Source: a plasmid. From it: a DNA stretch of 41,785 bases. Shown here in pieces: positions 33,620-41,785 of this stretch. The DNA lies in sequence record NZ_CP090413.1, one strand, 5' to 3'. Below the pieces are notes generated by a model. The model worked only from the letters and a program-made list of their open reading frames with translations. It did not search any database and was not told the DNA's origin. The stretch's first letter is position 1; the number at the start of each line of letters is the position of its first letter. A program made the position numbers and the translations under genes.

Positions 33620-34168
33620 TTATCGAATTGTGGCCCCTAATACGTTTTTAAAATGATTCATCGCCCATTCAGCACCAGCTGGTGAGAACGTGGCCACGGC
33701 TGCTTGTGGAATCACAATGTGGTAATCCAGGTTGTAGGCACTGATTGCGGTGTGGAGGACACAAATATCAGTGCAGACACCAGCAATCCAGACTTCATCA
33801 ATCCACCGTTCCCGCAGGTAATTATCCAAATTGGTGTTTTGGAAGGAGGAGTAACGGTTCTTATTGAATTTGTAGACATGGGAATCGTCATGATGTTGAT
33901 CAAACCAGCTGCCGACTTGGCCGTATAGTTTCTGACCGGTCGTCCCAATAATATTATGGGCCGGATATAGTTTGGTTTCTGGATTGAATGGGTCATTAAG
34001 CCGGTGACCATCAGTGGGAAAGATCACATAATCATGCTGACTTAAGAATTGATCGGCTAACCGCATAATTTCTGGGGCCAACGTCTGCGCTGGCTTGCCA
34101 ACCGTTAGTGATCCCTTATCAGCCACAAAGTCGTTTGTATAGTCAATAATTAAGAGCGCTTTAGCCAT
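33620..34168 (-). CDS. pncA: Nicotinamidase (isochorismatase family)
   Basis: ALLIIDYTNDF, catalytic Cys context VWIAGVCTDICVLHTA, 182 aa. Directly downstream of pncB. Confidence 0.8.
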   Translation of the reverse strand: MAKALLIIDYTNDFVADKGSLTVGKPAQTLAPEIMRLADQFLSQHDYVIFPTDGHRLNDPFNPETKLYPAHNIIGTTGQKLYGQVGSWFDQHHDDSHVYKFNKNRYSSFQNTNLDNYLRERWIDEVWIAGVCTDICVLHTAISAYNLDYHIVIPQAAVATFSPAGAEWAMNHFKNVLGATIR

Positions 34169-34169
34169 C

Positions 34170-35609
34170 TTAATATTCCTCCGTAAATTGAGCTTTAGTA
34201 ATTAACTGTTCTTGCAATTCAGCCAATGTAGCTGTTAAGTAAACTGGGTACCGATCGGGGTTAACTAACCGTTTTGTGGCTTCTGGTAATTCTGCTACTT
34301 GATCCATTGAGAATTGCTGAATCTTAAAGAGATCATTTTTGATTGGGGAAGCATTGGAACCCAGATATTCTTGCATCAATGGCTTAGCATTAAAGTTAGT
34401 CAGAACTTGGCTGGCGTGCGTGACTGCCGAATTAGCATTAACCACTTTCAATGGAGCCGTGATGTGCTCATCAGCCAGGGCAATCACATCGGCGATCGCT
34501 TGATGAAGGTTATCTTGCCGGTAAATCCGGTAAACTTGCTTATTACCAGGTAGGGTGATCTTTTCTCTGCTATCACTAACCTTAATTTTTGGGATCCATT
34601 GATCATTAATCTTTTCTTCGGCGAGCTTATAAACGCCACTTAATACCGGACTGGAGGAACTGGTAATTAAACGTTCCCCAATCCCAAAGTTATCAATTGG
34701 AGCTCCTTCATCCAACAACGATTTAACTACATGCGCATCAAGGGCATTTGAAGCTGTAATCTTTGCCTTGGGGAAGCCAGCATCATCGAGCATCTTCCGG
34801 GCTTTGATGGCTAATTGCGAAATGTCACCGGAATCGATCCGGATCCCGACTGGTTGGTGCCCTTGAGCGCTAACTTGCTTGAAGACCCGAATCGCGTTCG
34901 GCACTCCTGACTTCAAGACATCATAAGTATCAACGAGCAAGGAAACTTTGTCAGGATAAACCTTGGCCCAAGCTTGAAAGGCACTTAATTCATCAGAGAA
35001 GCTTTCGACCCAGGCATGTGCCATTGTGCCGGCCGCGGGAATATTAAATTGACTGGCTGCTTGTAAGTTCGACGTGCTGGTACAACCGCCGATCACCGCG
35101 GCTCGCGCCCCATATGTGGCGGCATCAGGGCCTTGCGCCCGCCGCGCGCCAAATTCCATAATTGGTCGGCCTTGAGCGGCATGGTTGATTTGCCAAGACT
35201 TCGTCGCAATTAATGATTGATGGTTAATGATGTTTAGAATAAAGGTTTCTAACAGCTGGGCTTCAATCAACGGTCCACTAATTGAAATAATTGGTTCCCG
35301 TGGGAAAACAGGGGTTCCTTCTGGTAAAGCCTTAATCGAGCAGTGATTTTTAATCTTGCTCAGGTAATCCAAAAACTCGGGAGTAAATTCATTCAGGGAG
35401 GTCAGGTATTCAATATTCTCCTTAGTGAAATGCCAATTTTGAACTTGTTCTACCACCTGCTGGAGACCAGCGACAATGACAAAACTACCGTTGTCGGGAA
35501 CCCGGCGGTAAAAGACGTCGAAGCGAGCTTGTCGATCATGGGGTAGGGTAGCGTAGTACCCATTGGCCATGGAAAATTCATATAAGTCGGTTAATAGTTG
35601 TAGATTCAT
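34170..35609 (-). CDS. pncB: Nicotinate phosphoribosyltransferase
   Basis: 479 aa. N-terminal LTDLYEFSMANGYY and a central PRTase barrel region typical of NAPRTase. Confidence 0.85.
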   Translation of the reverse strand: MNLQLLTDLYEFSMANGYYATLPHDRQARFDVFYRRVPDNGSFVIVAGLQQVVEQVQNWHFTKENIEYLTSLNEFTPEFLDYLSKIKNHCSIKALPEGTPVFPREPIISISGPLIEAQLLETFILNIINHQSLIATKSWQINHAAQGRPIMEFGARRAQGPDAATYGARAAVIGGCTSTSNLQAASQFNIPAAGTMAHAWVESFSDELSAFQAWAKVYPDKVSLLVDTYDVLKSGVPNAIRVFKQVSAQGHQPVGIRIDSGDISQLAIKARKMLDDAGFPKAKITASNALDAHVVKSLLDEGAPIDNFGIGERLITSSSSPVLSGVYKLAEEKINDQWIPKIKVSDSREKITLPGNKQVYRIYRQDNLHQAIADVIALADEHITAPLKVVNANSAVTHASQVLTNFNAKPLMQEYLGSNASPIKNDLFKIQQFSMDQVAELPEATKRLVNPDRYPVYLTATLAELQEQLITKAQFTEEY

Positions 35610-35724
35610 CTTAAATGCTTCCTTTTAAGTAAAAATTACTTTAATTTGGCTAAAAATAAAAGTATGGTTAACTTTTATTTACGTCTAGTATAAATACTTT
35701 GCAGCAAAATGCAAATGATGCCCT

Positions 35725-36429
35725 TTAGTTAAGTTGGTAGAGCTTTGGTGGCCGCCCAGAATGGTTCAAAGTGGCGGCCCCGACTTCTTTGAAGAGGTGG
35801 TTGTGAGTTTTCTTAAAGTTGGAATTATCAATCTTGTCAATTGTCGTACCTAAGAAAGCCGCAAAGACTTCGCGCGCTTGGCGCAGGGTAAAGGTATTAC
35901 CTAAGATCCGAAGAATTTGGGGTTGATAGTCCAGCTTGTTTTTAATCCGATTAATGGCGGTAGTAATGATTTGAATATGATCAAAGACCAGGTGACCGGC
36001 GGGACTTAGGATAATCTCCTGTTGGTCATGGGTGATCACATAGTTGCCCTGATCTTTATCAAGCACGAACCATTGGGCATCTGTGGCCCCATATCCTGGA
36101 TGCAATTTTGGGGTTGATGGTAAATAGGTCATATAGGCGAGTGCCAGTGCCCGAGTTCCCGTAACCCGCTTGGGATCTGTAAAGGTGGCCAGTTGTTCGG
36201 TTGAATTCATCGGAACTTTCAGGCCAATTTTATCGTCAATTAGACGAATGCAGGCCGCGTCGGCACTCTCTTTACTCCGCAAGAGGGTTTCGGGGAGGGC
36301 CCAATGTCCCTTTAGAGGTTCATCTGCCCGCTTAATCAATAGTAATTGTGGTCGGTGTAATTCAGTATTAAAACTCCAAATGACGTTGGTGATGGTCACC
36401 AATGGTCGGGCAATAATTTCACTATCCAA
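35725..36429 (-). CDS. nrtR: NrtR-like Nudix-related transcriptional regulator of NAD metabolism
   Basis: Nudix-fold N-terminal domain with degenerate Nudix box (KGHWALPETLLRSKESADAACIRLIDDKIGL) plus a C-terminal winged-helix domain. Located upstream of pncB-pncA, as in Lactobacillales/Streptococcus NrtR regulons. Confidence 0.65.
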   Translation of the reverse strand: MDSEIIARPLVTITNVIWSFNTELHRPQLLLIKRADEPLKGHWALPETLLRSKESADAACIRLIDDKIGLKVPMNSTEQLATFTDPKRVTGTRALALAYMTYLPSTPKLHPGYGATDAQWFVLDKDQGNYVITHDQQEIILSPAGHLVFDHIQIITTAINRIKNKLDYQPQILRILGNTFTLRQAREVFAAFLGTTIDKIDNSNFKKTHNHLFKEVGAATLNHSGRPPKLYQLN

Positions 36430-36680
36430 TTGACGCTCCTCCCTTCATAATTGTTAACTCAACTCTATTTTAGCATTTCTCGGCCACTAGTGATTGCCCA
36501 GTTGCTTTGAATCATGTTTGACGAGGATTGCTAAATTTTGAATGGTGATCGACGTCGGCTGGGCTAACCATAAGCAAAAAGTATTCCAGAAAATACCGAC
36601 GGCAATGCGGGTCATATATTCAACTTTGGTATCGTTAGTGACATTGGGTGTATATTAGAAATAATAGGAGGGATTGTATA

Positions 36681-37598
36681 ATGAAAAATAAGAGGTATTT
36701 AAATAAAATCTTATTAACCGCAATACTTGTATTATTTGGGAGTTGCATTTCTGTTAAAGCGGATATAAATTCAAATGAATTAAATGCTAAATTAAACTCA
36801 GAAATAACAACACAAAAAGCGCAACTTGCAAATGGTCAGTTACCTAAAGCAAATACGCATCAGTCTGATGGAAAGACGATAGTAAGTAGTGGAACTATGG
36901 TTTTGACTAATCAAGATCAAAACAAGAATCGTAATTATTTACCATGGATGAGCTTTGCTGCTACGCCAGAAACAGTAACTACCCTTAAATATCATATAGG
37001 GGAAGATTATTATGATGGTAACTTTCGTTTCACATTTTATTTGGATTCAATAGAAGGACCAGCTCCTTATGCGGTTGATGCAGCAATTGTTCTATACACG
37101 GAGCCATCACTACAAGGACCAGTTTCCATAAATAAGACGAATTTGATTAGTAAAGTAGGCAACATAACAACAGGAGCAATCGGTTCTGTGGAAGTTCCCG
37201 CAAAGACAACATTTTGGGCAGCTGGGGGAGAATATGGTGCAGAGTCTACTTCGGGGAATGTTGCTTTTTATCCCATAACTCAAGGACCTATTGAATTACA
37301 AAATAAATTAGCCCAGAATTTCCCAGAATATGTTGATCCAGTCTCGCATAAAGATGCAGAGTCTCCGCTTAGAACAGATTGGACTCGGCTAGGTCAGTCT
37401 CCTAGTTGGAATGGACGCCAAGCTTTTATTAATCGATTTAATGCTACTTATGGTACTCAATCTGCTGATTGGTGGTCTGCTCGACAAATTCATCATATTC
37501 GTCCAAGAATTTATGGTGGTACAGATGATTTTAATAATTTACTCCCTGTTCCCAATGCAAATCATTATTTAATAACAAGTTGGTTTAGAAACTATTAA
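36681..37598 (+). CDS. Secreted polymorphic-toxin-like protein with C-terminal HNH/EndoVII-fold (xHH signature) nuclease domain
   Basis: RBS aggaggg 8 nt before ATG 36681. Sec signal peptide MKNKRYLNKILLTAILVLFGSCISVKA. The C-terminal approximately 70 aa (ADWWSARQIHHIRPRIYGGTDDFNNLLPVPNANHYL) carries the HH...P...GG...N......N.H pattern of GHH/AHH/SHH-type HNH toxin domains. Confidence 0.6.
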   Translation: MKNKRYLNKILLTAILVLFGSCISVKADINSNELNAKLNSEITTQKAQLANGQLPKANTHQSDGKTIVSSGTMVLTNQDQNKNRNYLPWMSFAATPETVTTLKYHIGEDYYDGNFRFTFYLDSIEGPAPYAVDAAIVLYTEPSLQGPVSINKTNLISKVGNITTGAIGSVEVPAKTTFWAAGGEYGAESTSGNVAFYPITQGPIELQNKLAQNFPEYVDPVSHKDAESPLRTDWTRLGQSPSWNGRQAFINRFNATYGTQSADWWSARQIHHIRPRIYGGTDDFNNLLPVPNANHYLITSWFRNY

Positions 37599-37610
37599 GG
37601 TGCTAAATAT

Positions 37611-38114
37611 ATGGAAATAGATTCAATTGTAAATTCTCTCAAAACAATGTCTCAAGTTAGTAACTATAAAATTTATGTTTCTGGATCTTTACCAATGAAT
37701 GTTGGTTTTCGATTAAAAGCTAAAGCAACTCAGGCTGATTTAAAAAAGTTTGATAAAATTAATTACTCTCTTCCCAACGATTATTTAGCCTTTATAAGTC
37801 AAATAAATGGTGCAGAGTTATTTACTGATGGAAAGTATATCCAAAAATGTAAAATCTATTCGATTCAAGAAGTATTACATTGGCGAGAATTTTTAAGAAG
37901 CTCAGGATTTTACCCGGAGTGGGATAAACTTCTCCCAATTCTAGAACTACAAGATATCGGTCAACTAATACTTAATTTGGAACGATATGAAAACCAAGAA
38001 GATTATTTATTATATCCTGATGAATCAAATAAATATTTCCACATTGGCTTTACTGAATGGTTGAATAATTATTTACTAACAAACGGTAGCGAATTTTGGT
38101 ATATGAACTCATAA
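37611..38114 (+). CDS. SMI1/KNR4 (SUKH superfamily) immunity protein
   Basis: 167 aa, 12 nt after the toxin stop. LPNDYLAFISQINGAELF is the hallmark SUKH-1 motif (LP.Y..F....NG). No signal peptide, as expected for a cytoplasmic immunity protein. Confidence 0.7.
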   Translation: MEIDSIVNSLKTMSQVSNYKIYVSGSLPMNVGFRLKAKATQADLKKFDKINYSLPNDYLAFISQINGAELFTDGKYIQKCKIYSIQEVLHWREFLRSSGFYPEWDKLLPILELQDIGQLILNLERYENQEDYLLYPDESNKYFHIGFTEWLNNYLLTNGSEFWYMNS

Positions 38115-38161
38115 GAAATGAAATAAGTAGCAAGCCCTCTCGTACAATACCCCTTAGGGTT

Positions 38162-39080
38162 GGTTATGTCCGTATAATTGGTGTAAATTCTAAATAGGAC
38201 TTTGTGAAATCTGAAAGGAACTTCATTATGCCAAAGGTTGAATTAAATTTAGAAGATGACGAATTAAAGGAACTATTACTAGGTGATCGGGATAAGGCCA
38301 TGCAATCAATTATGGCCAAGATTCTTGATGAAATTCTTAAGTCCGAAGCGACTGAGCAGATTAAAGCTAGGGCTTATGAACGTTCGGATGAACGTACCAA
38401 TTCACGGAATGGTTATCGAGTTTGTCAGCTTACCACACGAGTAGGGACACTTTAACTACACGTTCCTAAACTCCATCATGGTAATTTTTCAACGCAACTG
38501 TTCAAACGCTATCAGCGTAGTGAACAGGCTTTTGATTTAGCATTAATGGAAATGGTAATCCAAGGTGTTTCAACTCGTAAAGTAGCTGAGATTACTAAGA
38601 AGTTATGTGGGACAACCTTTTCTAAAAGTACGGTCTCGGCTTTATGCAGTAATTTGGACGACCAAGTGCTGGACTTTAACCGATGTCCCCTTACGCAAGG
38701 GTATGCTTTTGCGTATGCCGACGCAACTTTATTTAAGGTTCACCATGGTCATGTTGTGACGAGTAATAGCTTACTCGTTGCGATTGGAATCGACCCTAGC
38801 GGTCGTCGAGAAGTGCTCGGTTTTGATAGCAGGTTAATCAAGAAATCCGGCGTCGTGACCGTGTGATCCGGATATTCCCGAATGATCTAAGTGTCTTGCG
38901 ACTAATGGGGGCACTACTGATTGAACAGAATGAAAAATGGGCTGCTGGTCCACGATACTTAAACATGACCGTTTACCACGGAATTGAAAAAGATGCCGAC
39001 TCAGAAGAAGCCGGTAAGCTTAAGCTTGTGAAATGATAAATTCGCGGAATTTAATTTACACCAACATTTTGGACTTGACC
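38162..39080 (+). mobile_element. Internally deleted IS256-family element, copy B (identical to copy A, inverted)
   Basis: ggttatgtccgtataattggtgtaaatt... at 38162 and ...ccaacattttggacttgacc at 39080. The ORF fragments are identical to those of copy A. Confidence 0.7.
38204..38866 (+). pseudogene. IS256-family transposase remnant (same as 7359-8021)
   Basis: Same 83-aa and 106-aa fragments in one frame, separated by TAA at 38453-38455. Confidence 0.75.
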
Positions 39081-39330
39081 CTTTTATAGTAAGATATTTA
39101 TAGCTCATACCGGATACCTCGAATTGTTTGATTTGGTCGTTAAACATATTCTACCCGGTATGGGTTTATTTTTTTACTTTGTGTTGCACTTCAATTCTAA
39201 ATTCACCCCATAGAAAAAGCGCCTCACAATGGTTAGAACTTTTGTCTAACTATTATGAGACACTAGTAGTAGAAGCAACGTACATAATATAGTACAATAT
39301 AATGTATAAAAAGAGAAAGGAGTCCTTATT

Positions 39331-39630
39331 ATGCCAATTGCTACTACTCAAAGTGATTTCCGTAATCATATTAAAGACTACTTAGATAAAGTTAATGATG
39401 AAAATCAAACAGTACTAATTGCACGTTCTAATCAACGAGCAGCAGCTGTTATCTCACAAGAACAACTCAATACCCTTCTTGAGGCTGTTAATGCTAAAGA
39501 AGATTCACTAGATTATGCTATTGCTAGAGATAAGTTAATCGAAATGCATATCTTACCTGATGATCCTATCGTTGAACCAACTGACGATTATTGGAATAGT
39601 TTTAAGCCAAAGGATAACAGTAACCAATGA
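39331..39630 (+). CDS. Phd/YefM-family antitoxin
   Basis: 99 aa. N-terminal TTQSDFRNHIKDYLDKVNDENQTVLIARSN is the Phd/YefM fold. RBS aaaggag. Confidence 0.7.
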   Translation: MPIATTQSDFRNHIKDYLDKVNDENQTVLIARSNQRAAAVISQEQLNTLLEAVNAKEDSLDYAIARDKLIEMHILPDDPIVEPTDDYWNSFKPKDNSNQ

Positions 39631-39962
39631 GATATCAATATAAACCACGAAAATCGTTTGAACGAAACTTAGCTTATCTTGCACAGCTTGATGTAACAAT
39701 TATTGATGAAGTAAAAGACGCTATTTTTATTCTCCTCGATGGCGACATACTTCCCGATGATTTTCATGATCACGAATTAGAAGGAAACTATATTAGCTAT
39801 CGGAAATTTCATCTTCGTGATACTCCCAAAGGGCAGCAACCAACTGAAATAAATGACATTGTAGTTATCTATAAAGTCAACAATCAAGATTTAGTACTCG
39901 TTGCTGTTAATATTGGTTCTCATAAAAAATTATTCCATGGTCGTTATCATAAGAAGCGTTAA
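39627..39962 (+). CDS. RelE/ParE (YafQ-like) family toxin
   Basis: ATGA overlap with the antitoxin stop. DDFHDHELEGNYISYRKFHL...IVVIYKV matches the RelE/YafQ core (D.HxLxG...R..H.....L.Y). Confidence 0.65.
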   Translation: MRYQYKPRKSFERNLAYLAQLDVTIIDEVKDAIFILLDGDILPDDFHDHELEGNYISYRKFHLRDTPKGQQPTEINDIVVIYKVNNQDLVLVAVNIGSHKKLFHGRYHKKR

Positions 39963-40117
39963 AAGCCGTTGACTAGGGACTAGTCTTGGTAAAATAGCAA
40001 AGTTCTATAAGTAATTCTTTATCAAGCCGGCTAAAATTGTTACGTTAGTTATTTAATAAATTGTTTATTTATTTGTCTGCTAACGATATAATTAAACTAG
40101 ACAAAGGAGGTATCAAG

Positions 40118-40924
40118 ATGAAAATTATTACTTTTACTGCCATCAAGGGTGGTGTCGGTAAAACAACCTTGACTTTAAATTATGGTGATTGGTTAGCCAA
40201 ACATGGCAAGAAGGTTCTATTAATCGATTTAGATCATCAGTGTAATTTAACAACCGTTTTTGAAAAGACACGACGAAACAATACTATCGCTGAAGCATTT
40301 AAAGAAGACGATAATGCTCAAAAAGTAAAAATTGACAGTGTCGGACCAAATCTAGATTTAATCGCCGGTTTTATAGACCTAGATGTTTTGGGAAGTTATC
40401 TAGAAAATAACAGTAACAAAGAAATGATGTTATTCATGTGGTTTAAAAACAACTCCGATTCATTAAACTTAACCGACTATGACTATATCTTAATTGATAC
40501 ACACCCAGATTTTAGTACCATCACTAAAAATGCTATTGCTATCAGTAATTACCTTCTTAGTCCCATCACACCCAGTGAGCATGGCTACAATGCTAAGTTT
40601 GACCTAGAAACACGACTCGAAAAATTCAGAAAATCACTTTTTGATTATCGAACTGGCGAAACTTACGTAGACGCAAAACTTTTCTTTATCGTTAATATGA
40701 TTAGACATAATACAAGTATGTCTCGCGATTTGCTAAAACATATAGAAGGTGATGAAACAGTCGCAACTATAATTCCAGAAAGAGAGCTCTTTAATAAAGC
40801 TACTGCAAGGCACACTTCGATATTTGAATTAGCCAATCATGATAAAGCCGTTTTAAAGCAAAATCAAAAGTTCATAAAAAAAGCTGATCATCTTTTTCAA
40901 GAATTAGCAAGTAAAACCAAGTAA
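40118..40924 (+). CDS. parA: ParA/Soj-family partition ATPase
   Basis: RBS aaaggagg. Deviant Walker A KGGVGKTT at the N-terminus (MKIITFTAIKGGVGKTTLT). The track ORF starts 19 codons earlier, without an RBS. Confidence 0.85.
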   Translation: MKIITFTAIKGGVGKTTLTLNYGDWLAKHGKKVLLIDLDHQCNLTTVFEKTRRNNTIAEAFKEDDNAQKVKIDSVGPNLDLIAGFIDLDVLGSYLENNSNKEMMLFMWFKNNSDSLNLTDYDYILIDTHPDFSTITKNAIAISNYLLSPITPSEHGYNAKFDLETRLEKFRKSLFDYRTGETYVDAKLFFIVNMIRHNTSMSRDLLKHIEGDETVATIIPERELFNKATARHTSIFELANHDKAVLKQNQKFIKKADHLFQELASKTK

Positions 40925-40937
40925 GGAGAGTTAGCTT

Positions 40938-41186
40938 ATGAGTTTAGATTCATTCAACCATAAAAAAGACGAAGAAATGAGAGAAAGTTACGAAACTACA
41001 TTGAAAGATAACAAGAACAATGCAGTAGCATTTTTAAAAAATATCAGTCGAAAAGAAGTAGAGCGTAAGCGATCAGTAACCTTCTCAATTACTGAAAGTC
41101 AATTAAAAAAAATGGACACAGCTGCCCGAAAAAACGGATTTAAAAATCGGTCAGAATTCTTAGCTTCAATCATAGATGCAATTTAA
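40938..41186 (+). CDS. Ribbon-helix-helix partition or centromere-binding protein (ParG/CopG-like)
   Basis: 82 aa. The C-terminus RSVTFSITESQLKKMDTAARKNGFKNRSEFLASII is an RHH motif. RBS aaggagag. Immediately after parA. Confidence 0.55.
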   Translation: MSLDSFNHKKDEEMRESYETTLKDNKNNAVAFLKNISRKEVERKRSVTFSITESQLKKMDTAARKNGFKNRSEFLASIIDAI

Positions 41187-41337
41187 TAATTAAATAAATA
41201 ATTAATCAAACAGTTTATTTAATTATCTCGCAATTAGATAAAAGCTTGTAAAGTATACTGGACCAAATAAAGTTGCCGGTTAGGAAGTACTATGCTAAAC
41301 TAAAACTAATTTAACAACCGAATAAAGAGATCAAGCT

Positions 41338-41456
41338 AAACCAAAAAGGTCCCCAATTCACGAGAAATCAGGGACCTTTGGTTTAGCAAGTAGCTGCCTA
41401 CTAGCTACTTAGATTCAGCCGATTTTCACCGCCAAGTTAAAATCGGCTGAACATTG
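41338..41456. other. Cluster of three strong hairpins upstream of repA
   Basis: aaccaaaaaggtccc...gggacctttggtt; aagtagct-gcctact-agctactt; ttcagccgatttt-caccgccaagtt-aaaatcggctgaa (13-bp stem). Confidence 0.3.
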
Positions 41457-41702
41457 CTCTTAATTTGTAGGTTAATTATACCGCAAACCAGTCCGAAAGG
41501 GCAAGTTAAGGATAGTTAAAAACAAATTAAAGTCAATGGACTAAGTAGCTAACTGGAGCTATTCAGTCCATTTTTTGTTGTTAGAAATAAAAAAAGTTGC
41601 CGACTGGGCAACTCACAAACAGATACATGTAGACACATGCTGGTAAATTTACAAAGCCGATCACGTCCAATGTTCGCTTTGTAATTCAGTTAAAGCATAT
41701 CT

Positions 41703-41724
41703 GATTTGTATTATAATGCAAATC
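41703..41724 (+). promoter_or_regulatory. Operator-like imperfect palindrome overlapping the -10 box of the presumptive repA promoter
   Basis: gatttgTAttataatGCaaatc: a TATAAT centred in a 22-bp inverted repeat, about 60 bp upstream of the repA ATG if the molecule is circular. Confidence 0.35.
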
Positions 41725-41785
41725 AAATGTTTTAGCAACTCTCTTTTGAGACAGCGTGTGTCAGTCAAGAAAGGGAGCTTTTATT

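Noticed and set aside
3273-38455. Alternative genetic code or systematic TAA recoding
   Set aside because: TAA is used as a normal terminator by many well-supported genes in the window (for example repA, the Fic-like gene and pncA), so the in-frame TAAs are best explained as nonsense mutations or errors.

Overview
The window reads as a mosaic, mobilizable theta-type plasmid, or a plasmid-derived accessory region, of a Lactobacillaceae-like low-GC Firmicute. It begins exactly at the ATG of a RepA_N-family replication initiator (1-1113) that carries internal iteron-like repeats. Its promoter and an operator-like palindrome lie at the very end of the window, so the sequence may be a whole circular plasmid linearised at repA.

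Backbone and maintenance: a MOBQ relaxase (4526-6595) with an upstream oriT-like hairpin, and ParA plus a ribbon-helix-helix (RHH) partner (40118-41186). Several type II toxin-antitoxin (TA) modules are present. A Phd/YefM-RelE pair sits at 39331-39962. An orphan RelB/DinJ antitoxin (29982-30275) lies next to a truncated toxin remnant. Two paralogous ~64-aa proteins each precede a different kinase-type toxin-fold gene: a Fic/Doc-like protein with a non-canonical motif at 1512-2264, and a zeta-toxin-like gene broken by an in-frame TAA at 3084-3764, the latter preceded by a DinJ-like RHH protein in an omega-epsilon-zeta-like layout.

Cargo is extensively rearranged by IS256-family elements. Two identical, internally deleted ~917-bp copies lie in inverted orientation at 7147-8063 and 38162-39080, bracketing about 30 kb. 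A full-length but frameshifted copy sits at 11019-12517; together with the left truncated copy it forms a 5.4-kb composite unit flanked by an 8-bp direct repeat, AAAGACAG. That unit carries an ABC-2 exporter plus a LytTR regulator and DUF3021 membrane-protein pair.

Other cargo: an LPXTG adhesin with four near-identical 270-bp Cna-B-type repeats and 22-bp tandem repeats in its promoter; a group-I ECF transporter; a higher-GC 5.1-kb block (OpuC/EgtU-type compatible-solute ABC transporter plus glutathione-reductase-like oxidoreductase) bounded exactly by inverted 17-bp sites beside a serine recombinase gene; an MFS efflux pump with a TetR regulator; an NrtR-PncB-PncA NAD salvage operon; and a secreted HNH/EndoVII-type (xHH signature) nuclease toxin with a SUKH (SMI1/KNR4) immunity gene (36681-38114).

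No rRNA, tRNA or CRISPR array was recognised. Two GC-rich structured non-coding regions (22860-23360 and about 27300-27800) remain unassigned.
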